A stretch of DNA of 64,000 nt, from positions 38,874,001 to 38,938,000 of the forward strand of contig OX597821.1 of NCBI GenBank assembly GCA_951406725.2, in the 5' to 3' direction. How positions within the stretch are numbered: the stretch's first letter is position 1; each line of letters starts with the position of its first letter. Positions 26,532 to 40,320 of this stretch are shown piece after piece. Source of the stretch: Octopus vulgaris. Its lineage: Eukaryota. A model generated the notes under the pieces. It was not told the origin of the DNA. It searched no databases and saw only the letters and a list, made by a program, of their open reading frames with translations. A program made the position numbers and the translations under genes.

Positions 26532-28177
26532 TACCCAGAACCATGCTAATAGCTTAGGAGTGAAATTTAGGATTTCTCAGTTTTCTCTGAATTGACTTAA
26601 TAAAACTTTTTTTCCCAGCTGGTTTGCACACTATGACAACATAATTGTTAAGTTTACATTATTCTGTGTAACGTCCTTTCTTTTTTATTTTAGGTTCTTC
26701 AGTTTTTGGGTGAACCATGCTAATAGCTTTTGAATAAAAGTAGTCCATCTAGACATTTGTTTCTCAGAAAATGAAGGGTTATGATACATATTAAGCATAC
26801 ATTGAGTATATATTTAACAGAAAACCACTGTAATGTTATAACATTTATTGACATAAGGGATTATTTATCCATATGAGTGCCAAGGAAGAAACTATCCGAT
26901 TGTGAGAGCAGCAAGACTGTGACAGCTAGAGATTTAAGGAATATTGGCCACAAATTACGTGGGAAACCTGGACAAACAAGCAAAGCCATTTTCACCACCT
27001 CTGGACTTTCTCATGTACAGAAAACCACCAGAAATCACAATATCAGGACCATGACTTCCTTGCGAGAACCCCTGAAATTGCCTCCTCACAGGATTTTGAG
27101 GCTTCAATTGGCCCAAAGTACATGACGTTAGATTTGAGTTGTGTTCTGTTCACTGACAAAACCAGGGCAAACCTTGACGAACCTGACGGTTGGGTTTGGT
27201 CTATTTTGGAGATGAGCATCACCAACGTTTATGATTTCAACAACAGGGTGGATGAGTCATGTTGTGGGCTGGTCTCATTGGAGACAGACTTGTTGGCCCA
27301 GTCCAGGTGCCTGAAGAGGTTAAAGTGTCCATAGCCACCTACTGCAATCTCCTGAAGGAGGTCTTGGATCCCTGGCTAGATGACATATAGCTGTCACTTC
27401 TAAGGAATCTTGTATTCATGCATGACAACGCTCCCACCCACTCTGCTAGGACCACCCGAACATTCTTAGGGTCATACAGCATACAAGGTGAAAGGCTGAT
27501 GGTGTGGCCACTAGTGTCTCTGAATCTCGACCCTATTGAAAATCTTTGGTCTATCATTAATCAAGATGTTTTTGCTGATGGATGCCAATTTACATTGAAA
27601 GATGTCTTATGAGTGATCATCAAAGCTGCAGCAGAGGCAGTCCAACCTGTTCCTATTAAGAAAGTGACAGATTCCACTACAAATAGGTTTTTTGAAGCTA
27701 TCTGTCTAAATGGTGCTCATGTGGCTAAATAATTCATTATGTCAATAAGTGTTATAATATTATGGTTTTCTGTTAAATATATACTCAATGTATGTTTAAT
27801 ATGTATCATTAACCTTCATTTTCTGAAAAAAAAAAATGTCTAGATGGGCTATTTTCATTCAAAAGCTATTAGCATGGTTCACTCCAAAACTGAAGAATCT
27901 GAAATAAAAAAAGAAAGGCGTTACACAGAATATATTTCTTTACTACCCGCAAGGAGCTAAACACAGAGGGGACAAACAAGGACAGACAAATGGATTAATT
28001 CTATTACATTGACCCCAGTGCATAACTGGTACTTAATTTATCGACCCCGAAAGGATGAAAGGGGGTGGGGATGTTGCTATAGTGAGCAAAACAGCTGGGA
28101 AAAGTATTACCAAAATCGATTTGCAGAAAACAGAAATCCTAAATTTCACTCCTTAGCTATTAGCATGGTTCTGGGTG
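26532..28177 (+). mobile_element. Tc1-like DNA transposon, DD37E spacing, long (~330 bp) TIRs with internal direct repeats, TA TSD; transposase degenerate
   Basis: The left end TA|TACCCAGAACCATGCTAATAGC matches the right end GCTATTAGCATGGTTCTGGGTG|TA. The inner TIR part 26663-26867 is inverted at 27727-27931. Motifs VLFTDKTRANLDEPDGW, FMHDNAPTH and DPIENLW are present. Confidence 0.92.
27932..28062 (-). mobile_element. family A SINE fragment inserted into the right TIR of the Tc1 element
   Basis: Matches the reverse complement of 20165-20296 and interrupts TIR colinearity. Confidence 0.8.
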
Positions 28178-28180
28178 TAT

Positions 28181-29350
28181 CATCGTCATTTAACGTCCAC
28201 TTTCCATGCTGGCATGGTTTGACTGAGAACTGGCAAGCCAGGAGGCTGCACCAGGCTCCAATCTGATTTGGCAAGGTTTCTATATCTGGATGCCCTTCCT
28301 AACACCAACAATTCCAAGAGTATAGTGGGTGCTTTTTATGTGCCACCAGCATGGGTGCCAGTCAGGTGGCACTGGCATTGGCCCCCCTTGAATGGTGTTT
28401 TTTATGTGCCACGACTACAATTTCACTCAGTTCAACAGGTCTTCACAAGCACACCATATCACCCAACGATTGAAGGCTACTTTTAAATGAGCCAGTTATG
28501 TGACACTGGTATCAGCCATGGCTATGATCTCACTTAGCTTGCTGGGTCTTCTCAAGCACAGAATATCTTCAAAGGTCTCAGTTGCTTGTCATTGCTTTTG
28601 TGAGGTCCAATGTTTGAAGGTCGTGCTTCACCATCTCATCCCATGACTTTCTGGGTCTACCTCTTCCACAGGTTCCCTCCACTGTTAGGGTGTGACACTT
28701 CTTCACGCAGCTGTCCTCATCTATATACATCACATGATCATACCAGCACAGTCATCTCTCTTGCACACCACATCTGATGCTTTTTATGTCCAACTTTTCT
28801 CTCAAGGAGCTTACACTCTGTCATGTATGTACACTGACATTATACATCCAGTGGAGCATACTGGCTTCATCTCTTTTAAGCCTACACATGTCCTCAGCAG
28901 TCACAGCCCATGTTTCACTGCCGTGTAGCATGGCATTGTACAGTCTACCTTTTACTCTAAGTGAGAGACCCTTTGTTTAACAGCAGAGGTAGGAGATCTC
29001 TGAACTTTGCCTAGCTTATTCATATTCTAGCAACTATGCTCTCAGAGGATCCACCCCCACTACTGATTTGGTCACCTAGGTAACAGAAGCTATCAACTAC
29101 TTCTATTTATTTACTCTGGCGTGTGATGGAATCTGTTTTCTGTACATTTTCAGTGTTTATTGCACCTGTGCATCTGCCACACACAAAACTATCTTCCCAG
29201 TTAACCTTCCTTTGATATTACTGCACCTCTTATGTGTCCATAGCTTACACTGGGTACATCTTATAGAGTTTCTACCTATGACTTTTCCACAGATTAAGCA
29301 GGGCCATCGACCTGAAGGGATTTATCAGCCTTCCTACTTACTAAGACTTT
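28181..29350 (-). mobile_element. RTE 3' fragment (~1.2 kb) including the PHD-like finger
   Basis: Tail at 28181. The minus strand encodes WTHKRCSNIKGRLTGKIVFVCGRC and VDSFCYLGDQ. Confidence 0.9.
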
Positions 29351-29399
29351 GGTGTAGAGTCATGTATGTATGTATGTACGTATGCACGCACGCACGCAT

Positions 29400-29645
29400 A
29401 CTAATCATATCTGTCAGGCATGTGGAAGAGAGTGTAATTCGGCAGGATGACTTAAACGACATGCAAAGGTACATGAAGCCCGGTTACAACTACAGCCGGC
29501 TAATACTGGTAAAGGTTTTAGCTGCCAATTCTGTACAAGACATTGTAAATCTTTAGCTGGGCTAAAAAGTCACATTCGATCACAGCACCAATAACAGTTA
29601 AGTTTCGTGCAATGGCCATACCCGATAAGGAGGGGGCAGCCATCA
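29400..29645 (+). mobile_element. 3' end of a second RTE-type (BovB-like) LINE with two C-terminal C2H2 fingers
   Basis: 29400-29594 reads TNHICQACGRECNSAG*LKRHAKVH...FSCQFCTRHCKSLAGLKSHIRSQHQ*, followed by a short UTR and microsatellite tail. The SxxGLxSHxR end is typical of RTE ORF termini. Confidence 0.65.
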
Positions 29646-31639
29646 TATATGTCTGTATGTCTGTCTGTATATATATATATATATATATGGACGTTTGGAT
29701 ATAACAGTGGATTGTTGGACAAAATATTCTGTGATGCTTCGTTACATTCCATTGCATATGAAATGAATTGCTGTCATTATTTAATATCAATTATATTGTT
29801 ATTGTTGTTGTTATTTCTTTATCCAAGTTGACCCATACTCGGCAGATGTATGGTTAAGAACAATCCAATCATAGTCAATCTATCTTTTCTGCCAAACTAC
29901 TTATTTGTAAGATGGTAGGCCGTATTATAAAGGATATTTGGCTGTTATTTCTTGCAGGTAAAAATAATCGAACGGAGGTTCTCTTATTGGATTGTGGAGA
30001 CTGTATTATTTATGTGTGTTTACACCATGAAAGGTCACCAGAAATTATAAGGCCCAATAAGAGCACTATTATGTGTATAATACTTCTCTGTTGTAGTCAA
30101 GAATTATTACTTTTGTAGAAAAGTAGACAGGAATCGGCCATCAGTGATAGAATCATTGCAAGGATGTTGATAATAAATATGATAGCTGTGAAGTCTTATT
30201 ATATCCTACTCTTATAAAATTGCCATTAAGGCAGGTATTTGCTTGCTCACTTGTATAGCTACATTATAATGGAATGTAAATAGATATAGCTACCATCCAA
30301 ATAAAACATGGTTATAATGAATAAAAGAAATATTTTTAAAATGTCACTCAGCTATCCTGATCTTTCCCTTAACTTTAAATACAAATTTCACAAACAGCTA
30401 GAATTAACGAAATTGGACAATATTTGCTACATTCACATTTCAGTTAGATTTATTTCCTGAATTTCAGTTTAGTGTTTTTTTTTTACACTTCTTTTTAAAA
30501 TGATTTTATTTTCCTTCAAGAGGACGTGTTCTGTTTTCTTTTTTGCTTCTTTCTGTTTCTTTATGTTGGGTCGTGTTTTAGTTTGTGATTGTTAAACATT
30601 ATTCTATTTATTTCATCTTTTGTTTGTCTTTGCGTTTGAAATAAAATAGTATTTGTATTTCATTGAATAAAATGAGAACAACTTCTACAACAAAAAAATA
30701 ACAGCAAACATAAAGAGTAGTTGAAAGAAAGAAAAGTTTGCAATTTTTTCTTTTTCTTTTTTTTTTTTGGCTTTCATTGTTTTTGTGTATAATACTGAAA
30801 ACAGTATTGCATAGTTTGAATAAAAACCTCATTTTGCTGTCAGCACTGATAATAAACATTGGATCGCCACCACATGAAGTTGGCTGAAATAAGAGGAAAA
30901 CACTATAAATTTAATACTGCTCTATCAAGCAAACCACTGAAACTAACTCACATCAAATAGCCATCTTGTGATATTAAATTTTTTCCCCCCTTTTTATTTT
31001 ATTTTATTTTATTTTTTTTTTTTGCATTTCTTATTTTTCATTGGGACAGTGATAATCCTTTTTTCCCTTTAGTTTTATTAATGGCAACAAAAACATTTAT
31101 TATTGAAGCAAATTAAAAAAGAAAACTTTAATTTACTATTTGAAAAACTGCACTATATAAAATAGAATTTTTTCAATAGACCCAATCAATGAATACAAGG
31201 AAATGTGTATTAAAATATTGATGGAAACTTAGAAGAAACAGAGAAAGAAGTGGGAGGTTGTGATATACATTCTTTTTGCCAGAACATTAATGGAGTAAAT
31301 AAAGTGAAATGGCTTTGACTATCAATTGGAAATGTGTTATGATCTCTGTTTACCAAACTCTTACATCTACCTTTGTAGTACTTAGGAAAATATTGATTAA
31401 TCTAAGACTTTACAAGAAATGCAGTGGAGAAGCAATTCATGGAATCTCCCTTGTTGAAGAGTATCTTCTCAGAGAGGAGTCCATTATTGTTGAGGTTTTT
31501 TATTGTTGCTGAGAAAAACTCTCACCCCCACCCCCACCCCAGGGTTTCTATAATAGCAAATCTATAGCATAAGAAGTAACGAAGAATACAATTAGGACCA
31601 ACTGATTTAGATAAACAAAATTTCTATTGAATTATGCTA

Positions 31640-32160
31640 CCTTTGTTTCAATTAATTTTGAAGATATTGAAGAATTTTCTAAAATAACTTTGTCATTACT
31701 AAAATGGCATTTGGAAACTAAATTATCATGAAATTTTGACAGGTTTTAATTTAGCTCACTTTGTATGATAGAAATAAGGTTTGTCTCAAGTAGGTTGGTA
31801 TGAAAAGGGTTGAATAGCAAATAGGCCACATAACCACTACATTTCCATGTCTTTGTTTATTAAATGTCCAACAGTATAGGAACAAGTGGAAGTAGTCCTG
31901 TAAAAATGGACAAATATTTTCTTTCATTGTAGTATTTTTATGTTTAGCTCTTTTTGCTAAATCACCCCAGGTACTGTGATGCAATCTTCCTTTTATTAAT
32001 AGGATCTAAGTTAAAACCTTCCATCAAAAGTTCATGTTAATTTATGTCAAATACTAAATTAATAATGACAAACTTATTTTGCTAAATTCTTTATTATTTT
32101 CAAAATTCTATGAAACAGAGGCAATGAATTTCAATAGAAAAATGGTAAGAAAATAGTTAA
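31640..32160. mobile_element. two degenerate TTAA-MITE copies in opposite orientation (~31640-31812 and ~31955-32160)
   Basis: Similar to 59546-59765; ends GGTATGAAAAGGGTTGA and GGTAAGAAAATAGTTAA. Confidence 0.55.
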
Positions 32161-32417
32161 AACCTTTCAGGAACATTATATGGTAAAAGAAACTAACATG
32201 GTTTATCTACAAAAGATGATGTCGAGAACTTCAAAAGTAAATCCTTAAACTTAACAGCAGCAACTTGTCAAAATCTTATGTTTAATGACTGTGTTGATTT
32301 GCATATAAGATGTTGGTTGGCTCTGTACGGCAAACTAAATAATATGATTTATATAGTCTATCATCGTCACTGTCACCGCTGCTGCCACCAACACCACTAC
32401 CACCACCACCACCACCA

Positions 32418-33252
32418 CCATCATCATTTAATGTTCGACTTCCATGCTGGTATGGGTTGGCTGGTTTGACTGAGGGCTGGCAAGCCAGGAGGCTGCACCA
32501 GGCTCCAATATGATCAGGCAAGGTTTCTACAGCTGGATGCCCTTCCTGATGCCAACCACTCTGAGAGTGTAGTGGGTACTTTTTACATGTCACTGACATG
32601 AGGGCCAGTTAGGTGGCACTGGCATCGACCATGCTCGAATGGTGCTTTTTACGTGCCACCAGCACGGGTGCCAGTTATGCGACACTGGCATCAGCCACAG
32701 CTACAATCTCACTTGGCTTGCCAGGTCTTCTCAAGCACAGCATATCTCCAAAAGTCTCAGTCACTTGTCATTCCCTCTGTGAGGCCCAATGTTTGAAGGT
32801 CGTGCTTCACTACCTCATCCCATGCCTTCCTGGGTCTACCTCTTCCACAGGTTTCCTCCACTGTTAGGGTGTGACACTTCTTCACACAGTTGTCCTCATC
32901 CATATGCAACACGACCATACATGTGCAGTTGTCTCCCTTGCACACCACATCTGATGCTTCTTATGTACAACTTTTCTGTGAGGACACTTACACTCTGTTA
33001 TGCATGCACACTGACATTACACACCCAGTGGAGCATACTAACTTCATTTCTTTCAAGCTTACGCATGTCCTCAGCAGTTACACCTCCTGTTTTACTACCA
33101 TATAGCATGGCTGTTTGCACACAGGCATCATACAGTATACCTTTCACTCAGAGTGAAAGGCTCTTTGTTACCAGTAGAGGTAGACTATTCTTATTCTAGC
33201 AGTTACTCTTATCAGAGCATCCACCCCAGCTACTGACTTGGTCACCTAGGCA
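32418..33252 (-). mobile_element. RTE 3' fragment
   Basis: Tail at about 32418. The minus strand encodes HMDEDNCVKKCHTLTVEETCGRGRPRKAWDEVVKHD. Confidence 0.9.
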
Positions 33253-33612
33253 ACAGTGGTCATTGTGGTTATTGCAGAAGACAGTTGCCCTAGGAACCAT
33301 GCAGTGAGACATGGAGATGTATAGGTATTTATCATGTGGTCAATCAGACTATTGGATGTTATATATCACTGGTCCCAATGTTCCTTACAATGTTTTAGCT
33401 ATCAAATGATGCCACCCAGCTGGCTTGGTGAGCAGGGCAACATTCTCCCTGACTGGGAGGCTAGTCTGTTGCTGGGTTATCCATTTATAGATGAGCATGT
33501 GAAATGAAGTGTTTTGTTCAAAACTACAACTTGTTGCTTGCTTCAGGAATTGAAACCATGATCTAGTGACCAGGAATGCAACATCCTAACTACTAGACCA
33601 TTATAACCCAAA

Positions 33613-33695
<83 letters not shown>

Positions 33696-33763
33696 TTTAT
33701 ATATATGTATGTATATATAGTACGTTTATTGGCTAAACTGGCAATATGACCATTCCGAAATAT

Positions 33764-33814
<51 letters not shown>

Positions 33815-34193
33815 CAGCAGTGGCCGTGTGGTAAGAAGCGTGCTTCCCCACCACATGGTTCTGGGTTCAGTCCCACTGTCTGGCACCTTGGGCAAGTGTC
33901 TTCTACTACAACCTCAGGCTGACCAAAGCCTTGTGAGTAGATTTGATAGATGGAAACTGAAAGAAGCCTGTCATGTGTGTGTGTGTGTGTCTGTGTTTGT
34001 CCCCGCCCTCAATCACTTAACAACTGATGTTAGTATGTTTACTTCCCTGCAGCTTAGTGGTTCGGCTATAGAGACCAATAGAATAAGTACTAGGCTTACG
34101 AAGAATAAGTTCTTGAGTCGATTTGTTCGACTAAAGGTTGTGCTCCAGCATGGCTACAGTCAAATGACAGAAACAAGTAAAAGAATAAAAGAA
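33815..34193 (+). mobile_element. tRNA-derived SINE, family B (CORE-like), near full length with internal (TG)n
   Basis: TGGCCGTGTGG A-box, GGTTCAGTCCC B-box-like sequence, GGCACCTTGGGCAAGTGTCTT (CORE-like), and a GTAAAAGAATAAAAGAATA tail. Confidence 0.8.
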
Positions 34194-35289
34194 TATATAC
34201 AGGCATGGATTATAATATGCAATGCTTTTATGGATCGTACCTTGCTAGAGGAATTGAGCTCAGTAGTATGAGCATAGTTTTAATTTTACATATGAGTGAG
34301 TCATTCCACTAAATGGTAGCCAAGGCCATTGGTGGTCCACTCTCTAAAGTATGAACACTTCGTGTTAGGCAGTACCACAACTAGTTGTCAGATATAGTAT
34401 TAACTTGCCCAGCTCTAGTTATCTCAGCTTTTGTAGACATATTGCTCTAAGATTCAATACATCTAATATGGCAAAGTCTTTGGTAAGAGAAAGGAAAATA
34501 GAGTGACTGTATTAAATGATGTATTGCAGAATATTGATTGTGATGATGATGGTGATGGTGATAGTACTAATGGTTATAGTAGTGGTAGTAGTGTTGATGA
34601 GTAATTAATAAGAAGATCGAAGGGTGGTTGGAGGTGGTTTATGAGTGAGAAGCCAGATTTCCTGTTAAGTTCATTTAGATCAGGATTTCATGAATTAAAG
34701 ACAAATTTTGATCAAATGCAAAGATACATTTGTCTAAAAGCATAATAATCACATCTGAGAATTCTTATAAAACATCCCCCTCCTCAACCCCCACCCCCAC
34801 GCTCCTCATATGCGAAAACTGAGACACAATAAGTGCAGTGGACTGCAAAAGTAAAATTTCAGTTTGGTTGGTATCCTTTAATTACCTTAACATCCAACTG
34901 TTTGCCATTAAGTGAAATAAGAAGGGTTTCCAATTACTTTGTACACACTTTACAAGAAACACTGCTATTGGCTTATAAGCCATAATTTTGATGTTTAGAT
35001 GCATTTCTCCAGTGCAATCATCTTTGTATATCTGAAGTACAATAAAAGCTTGCATCAACAGATTGTACTTTTCTCTCGATTTCTGTGGCATGTGGGGATT
35101 GAAATAAGGTTTACTAAACCTAGTAATAAGATAAACGTAGTTTTATCAAATAAATGGCATAGGTTTAAGTAAGGATATAACTTGTTTAAGTATAGTAGAG
35201 AACATGTGAATTAGAAAAGGAATGTATTGCTGTGTACGGGTAGATTAACCCGGAAAAATATATCTCATCTATAAACATGATTCTATGTA

Positions 35290-35347
35290 CATACATACAC
35301 ACACACATACATACTTATGTACATACATATGTATATATGTATGTATG

Positions 35348-35386
<39 letters not shown>

Positions 35387-35569
35387 TGTGTGTGTATGTG
35401 TGTATATATATATATATGTATGTGTGTATATATATATATATATGTATGTGTGTATATATATATATATGTATGTGTGTATATATATATATATGTATGTGTG
35501 TATATATATATATATGTATGTGTGTATATATATATATATATGTATGTGTGTATATGTATATATATATAT

Positions 35570-35611
<42 letters not shown>

Positions 35612-35710
35612 ATATATATATATATATGTATGTGTGTATATATATATATATGTATGTATGTGTGTATATATATATATGTATGTATGTATGTGTGTATATA
35701 TATATATGTA

Positions 35711-35759
<49 letters not shown>

Positions 35760-35796
35760 ATATATATATATGTATGTATGTGCACACACACACACA
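35290..35796. repeat. compound (TA)n-TGTATGTGTG higher-order microsatellite
   Basis: Directly visible ~20-24 bp units. Confidence 0.97.
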
Positions 35797-36181
35797 GAGT
35801 ATAGGAATGGAAGTTCTTTGGCATATACAATGAAATAAAAATAAGATAGAAAAAGAAGTCAGAAGTGATGGTGGTTTCTTCCTTTCTTCTTTTCTTTCTT
35901 TCTTTTCTTTCTTTCTTTTCTTTTCTTTCTTTCTTTCTTTCTTCTTTTATGTCTTTATTTACAAATAAGGAATGTCTGGATTTTCCTAAGAAAACAATAG
36001 AATACTGCTTATCTTTTTCTTTGTGTGTTGTTGTCTAGTGCTGGAGAGCCAGTCTTTGACAAAGATTGATGCTTCAGTGCAGGGGGAGTATGGAAGGGGC
36101 AGGGGAAGGGAGGAATTATTGTTAAAAGTTAGTGAAAAGAAAGGAACATTTTGCACATACACACACACACACACACACATG

Positions 36182-36232
<51 letters not shown>

Positions 36233-37074
36233 ACTCTACTACAGCATACGTCTGTAGATGTTTAGCCTATGTTGTTTTCATAGGTGGACATAAACAATAG
36301 TGTTTGTGTGTGCAACAGCTTCATGGACACAAGAAGTGGGATCAGTCGGTCAAACTACAAACCTTGTACCACAAAGCCACAATAACTAAGAACAAAAGTA
36401 TAGGATCAAACAGAATTGTGTGTATTAACACACGTTTGCTTGTTGGTCAGATTAAAATATCATTATGGCATTAACAGTGTTATATCTCATTGCTATGATG
36501 TACATTGGTATATCAAAATCATTACCATCATCAGCATCATTTAACGTCTACTTTCCATGCTGGCATGGGTTGGATGGTTCCAGTCTGATTTGGCATTGAA
36601 TATAAACACACGCACACTGACACATACACACATGCAAATTGGTTTCTTTAATTTATTCAAGCCCTTAGAACTTCTGGGTTTATAGCCAGTATTTCAATGA
36701 CCAGTCAATCCTTGAGTTCTAATACAGTTCAAATGCAGGATTAAAACTGGATGATCCCTGATTTTCTGTCCATGAAGATATTATATCTTAAGATAGTGTT
36801 TACATATATGTTACATTCAGTAAGTCTAATGAAGGTCAGTTTGATGATGATGATAATAATAATGAGGATGATGCTTGCAGTGGTGGTAATGATGACAGTG
36901 ATTTTGCATACAATGTCACTTAAAATTCTGTTCACTCAAGAATTTACAGCATATACCTTGAAACATCACACCATTAGAACATGAGTAATTTCTTAATGAA
37001 ACAAGCATCCAAGAAAGAGTTATATATGCAGTTTCCTTTAATTTACTCCAGCTCTGACTAAAAATTACTTCAAG

Positions 37075-37448
37075 GTGCTAAGAGCACCATCTGAGCGTGA
37101 TTGTTGCCAGAGCGGCTAACTGGCTTCCATGCCGGTGGCATGTAGGAGGTACCATTCGAGCGGGATTGTTACCAGCATCGCCTTACTGGCACCTGTGCCG
37201 TTGGCATGTGTAAAAAGATTCTAGTGAGGTCCTTGCCAGTACTGCCTGACTGGCCCCCATGCCGGTGGCACATGAAATCACCCACTACACTCTTGGAGTG
37301 GTTGGCATTAGGAAGGGCATCCAGCTGTAGAAACTCTGCCAGATCAAGATTGGAGCCTGGTGCAGCCATCTGGTTTGCCAGACCTCAGTCAAATCGTCCA
37401 ACCCATGGTAGCATGGAAAGCAGATGTTAAACGATGATGATGATGATG
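37075..37448 (+). mobile_element. RTE 3' UTR plus (GAT)n tail
   Basis: Colinear with 22935-23383. Confidence 0.85.
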
Positions 37449-37649
37449 AAGATAAGTAATGTTTCTGTGGACATATGTAGGTAGTGCTCTGTCAATGATG
37501 ATTGTTAAGCATGACTGAAATTAGTCTGGTTGATTCCTTATGAAGAAAACAATGTGTTAACATCTTTTTCTAGATACAGTTAACAATCTATGAGTGTATC
37601 CTGTAGTAAAGTACAACATTGACCCAAAATACTGTCAACTCTCAACTTA

Positions 37650-38178
37650 ATCTATTCCTAATTGAAATACACTGCTTTGGTTTCAATTAATTTTTAAAAT
37701 CATGAAAAATTTAGTTAAATAACTTTGTCCTGTCCTTATTTAGCTTGTGTTTGGAACATAATTCAGCATGAGATTTTGAGAGAAGCTTTTAATTTAGCTC
37801 TTCATAAAATAGGGAGTTTGCATGATAGAAGCATGGGTGGTCAGAGGTGGGATGTTATCAAAAGGCTTAATATACACAAGTAATTAATTAATCAAACTAA
37901 CTGGCAGCAATATATTACATATGCTGATCAGTTGGTTAAACTGATTTATATAAACCCTTATTAATCCCTTTGGTACCAACCTGCCCATGACTGCTCTTGG
38001 TTCTATAATAAAAGCTGCTTGTTTTGAAGTGATTTGAAATTTAAACTTTCTCTTAAAATTTCATTTTATGTTCCAAAGCTTAGCTTAATAATGACAAAGT
38101 AATTTTACAAAATTTTTCATTTTTTTCAAAATTATTTGATAAACCAAAGCAGTGTTTATATGGTAACAAAAAAATTAA
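37650..38178. mobile_element. two degenerate TTAA-MITE copies in opposite orientation (~37650-37870 and ~37962-38178)
   Basis: Ends ...ATCAAAAGGCTTAA and TTAATCCCTTTGGTACC...GGTAACAAAAAAATTAA; internal similarity to 59546-59765. Confidence 0.6.
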
Positions 38179-39580
38179 TAGCATATTTGTGAGCAGTGCC
38201 TGGATATATCATGCTATGAGCGACATGTGCCAAGATGTAATCTGTTAATGATTCCACAGATATAATGTCTATGAGTAGATATGATGATCTATTTTGGTCA
38301 AGATTTTGGTGAATATATTAAAAATTCTGATCTTTAATTTAAAGACTGGACTCATGTAGCAAAATACCTGAAATTTAATGCATGCATAATAAATGGTTGG
38401 AAATTATAAACACCCTCATTCATCCGTGTGATATTTGTGGCGTGTGCAGGTGCCTATATTCATATCATTATTTTCTTTACTGCTTTTTTCCTTATTGGCA
38501 TGGGTTAGACGAGAATTGTACAAGTTATATTTGTAGAATCAGAAGCTTTTTCTCTGGTCAATCCTTGATTTGATTTTTCAAATAAGGCATTGCTTTCATT
38601 TGTTTCACTCATATTTACACTCAGAACCCAATGAAACTGCCACGCCGTAACATATATTGCTTATGGAAGATGTAAACTAATGTCCCCATTGCTCAAATTA
38701 CAATCAATATAACGACCTATAGACACTCAACTGTACATGTACTCATACATATATACATATTCACACGTATACATACATTCTTACAGAGCTACGTACATAG
38801 CTAGTCACCTGCATACATACAGCTATAGATATGTTTCCTTCTGATTAGTCCTCATCAGTAAAGCAATGCATTCTCAAGATTGCTTTGGTCAGTGGATAGA
38901 AATTTCTAAAAATAGGGAAATAGGGAAAAATTAAGCTAAGGGGAGAAATTAAAAATTAAAGAATTAAAGGCAATCTGTCAGAGATACTACCTACATAAAT
39001 TAAGATAATTTCATGTATGTGTGATGTACTGAATAATTAATACATTAAATTCTTTATTTATGTAATCAAAATGAAATGCATATACAATAATCTCTCAACT
39101 ACCATTCCAAAACCACCCATGGTAGGTGAAAATCCACGAAATGCAAACCTATATCATGGAGGAATTGATGTAAGCTTAAATAATAAACAGTGATTGGTGA
39201 ACTGCGATCGGTGAACTGCAGTAGGTGAACCACAAAATAGCAAAGGATTACTGTATATATAAATGTAAAATTTAAACACATGCATAGAGGAAGACACACA
39301 CACAACATTTAAACATCCACCATTCCATATATACACGAGACAGATGTAGATTGTCTATGGCTGGATACTCTCTTTGCACTAAGTTTGCACTAACTTTCAC
39401 ATGTTTTCACATAGGGTAGTATTTACCCTTGTCCTTCAAACAAAAACAGCACATTGGGTGAACAGCAATGCTTATATCACTGACATTTGCTTACAACTAG
39501 TGTATGATCTAAAGACAAGGTAATGTGACATGAACAAACACGCATATGCAAGCATATGTATGTATGCATGCATGTATGTA

Positions 39581-39613
<33 letters not shown>

Positions 39614-39635
39614 GTAGAAATGTGTGTGTGCGCGT

Positions 39636-39970
39636 GGAGGCACATGGCTCAGTGGTTAGAGTGTAGAGCTTACGATCATGAGGTTGTGAGTTCGATTCCC
39701 GGACCGGGCTGTGTGTTGTATTCTTGAGCAAGACCTTTTATTTCACGTTGCTCCAGTTAACTCAGCTGTAGAAATGGGTTGTGACATCACTGGTGCCAAG
39801 CTGTATCGGTCCTTTTGCTTTTCCCTTGGATAACATCAGTGGCACGGAGAGGGGAGGCTGGTATGCATGGGTGACTGCTAGCCTTCCACAAACAACCTTG
39901 CCCTGACTTTTGCCTCAGAGGGCAACATTCTAGATGCAGTCCCATGGTCATTCATGACCGAAGGGGGTCT
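39636..39970 (+). mobile_element. tRNA-derived SINE, family C (CORE-like, possibly octopus OR-type)
   Basis: TGGCTCAGTGG A-box and GTTCGATTCC B-box, then TTGAGCAAGAC..TTTA..CTCCAGTT.ACTCAGCTGTAGAAATGGG, resembling the CORE domain. Confidence 0.75.
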
Positions 39971-40066
39971 CCTCCTCCTATATATATATATATAAACACA
40001 CACACACACGCAAAATGGGTGAGAAGTAAACTTTTAAACACACAGTCATGAAAATCTATCTTTCTT

Positions 40067-40109
<43 letters not shown>

Positions 40110-40127
40110 ATTTATATATATATGTGT

Positions 40128-40174
<47 letters not shown>

Positions 40175-40285
40175 ATACAGAGCAAATAATTAACAAAAAA
40201 AATAATTTGCAAAGCATTTTGACTTCTATTTCCAGCAAGTAGACATACTTAATATGTCCTTTGATTAATTTTAATCCTTCAGTTT

Positions 40286-40317
<32 letters not shown>

Positions 40318-40320
40318 CAC

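Noticed and set aside
29400-29594. Two C2H2 fingers as a member of the octopus C2H2-ZNF expansion
   Set aside because: There is no TGEKP linker, it has an internal stop, and it ends with an RTE-type GLKSHIR motif plus a retroposon-like tail.
38825-38860. Minus-strand CTGATGAG...GAAAC hammerhead-like string
   Set aside because: The intervening sequence cannot form stem II; at best a decayed relic.
39640-39710. tRNA gene (also 47495-47556)
   Set aside because: A and B boxes are present but there is no proper acceptor stem, and it runs directly into the SINE body.
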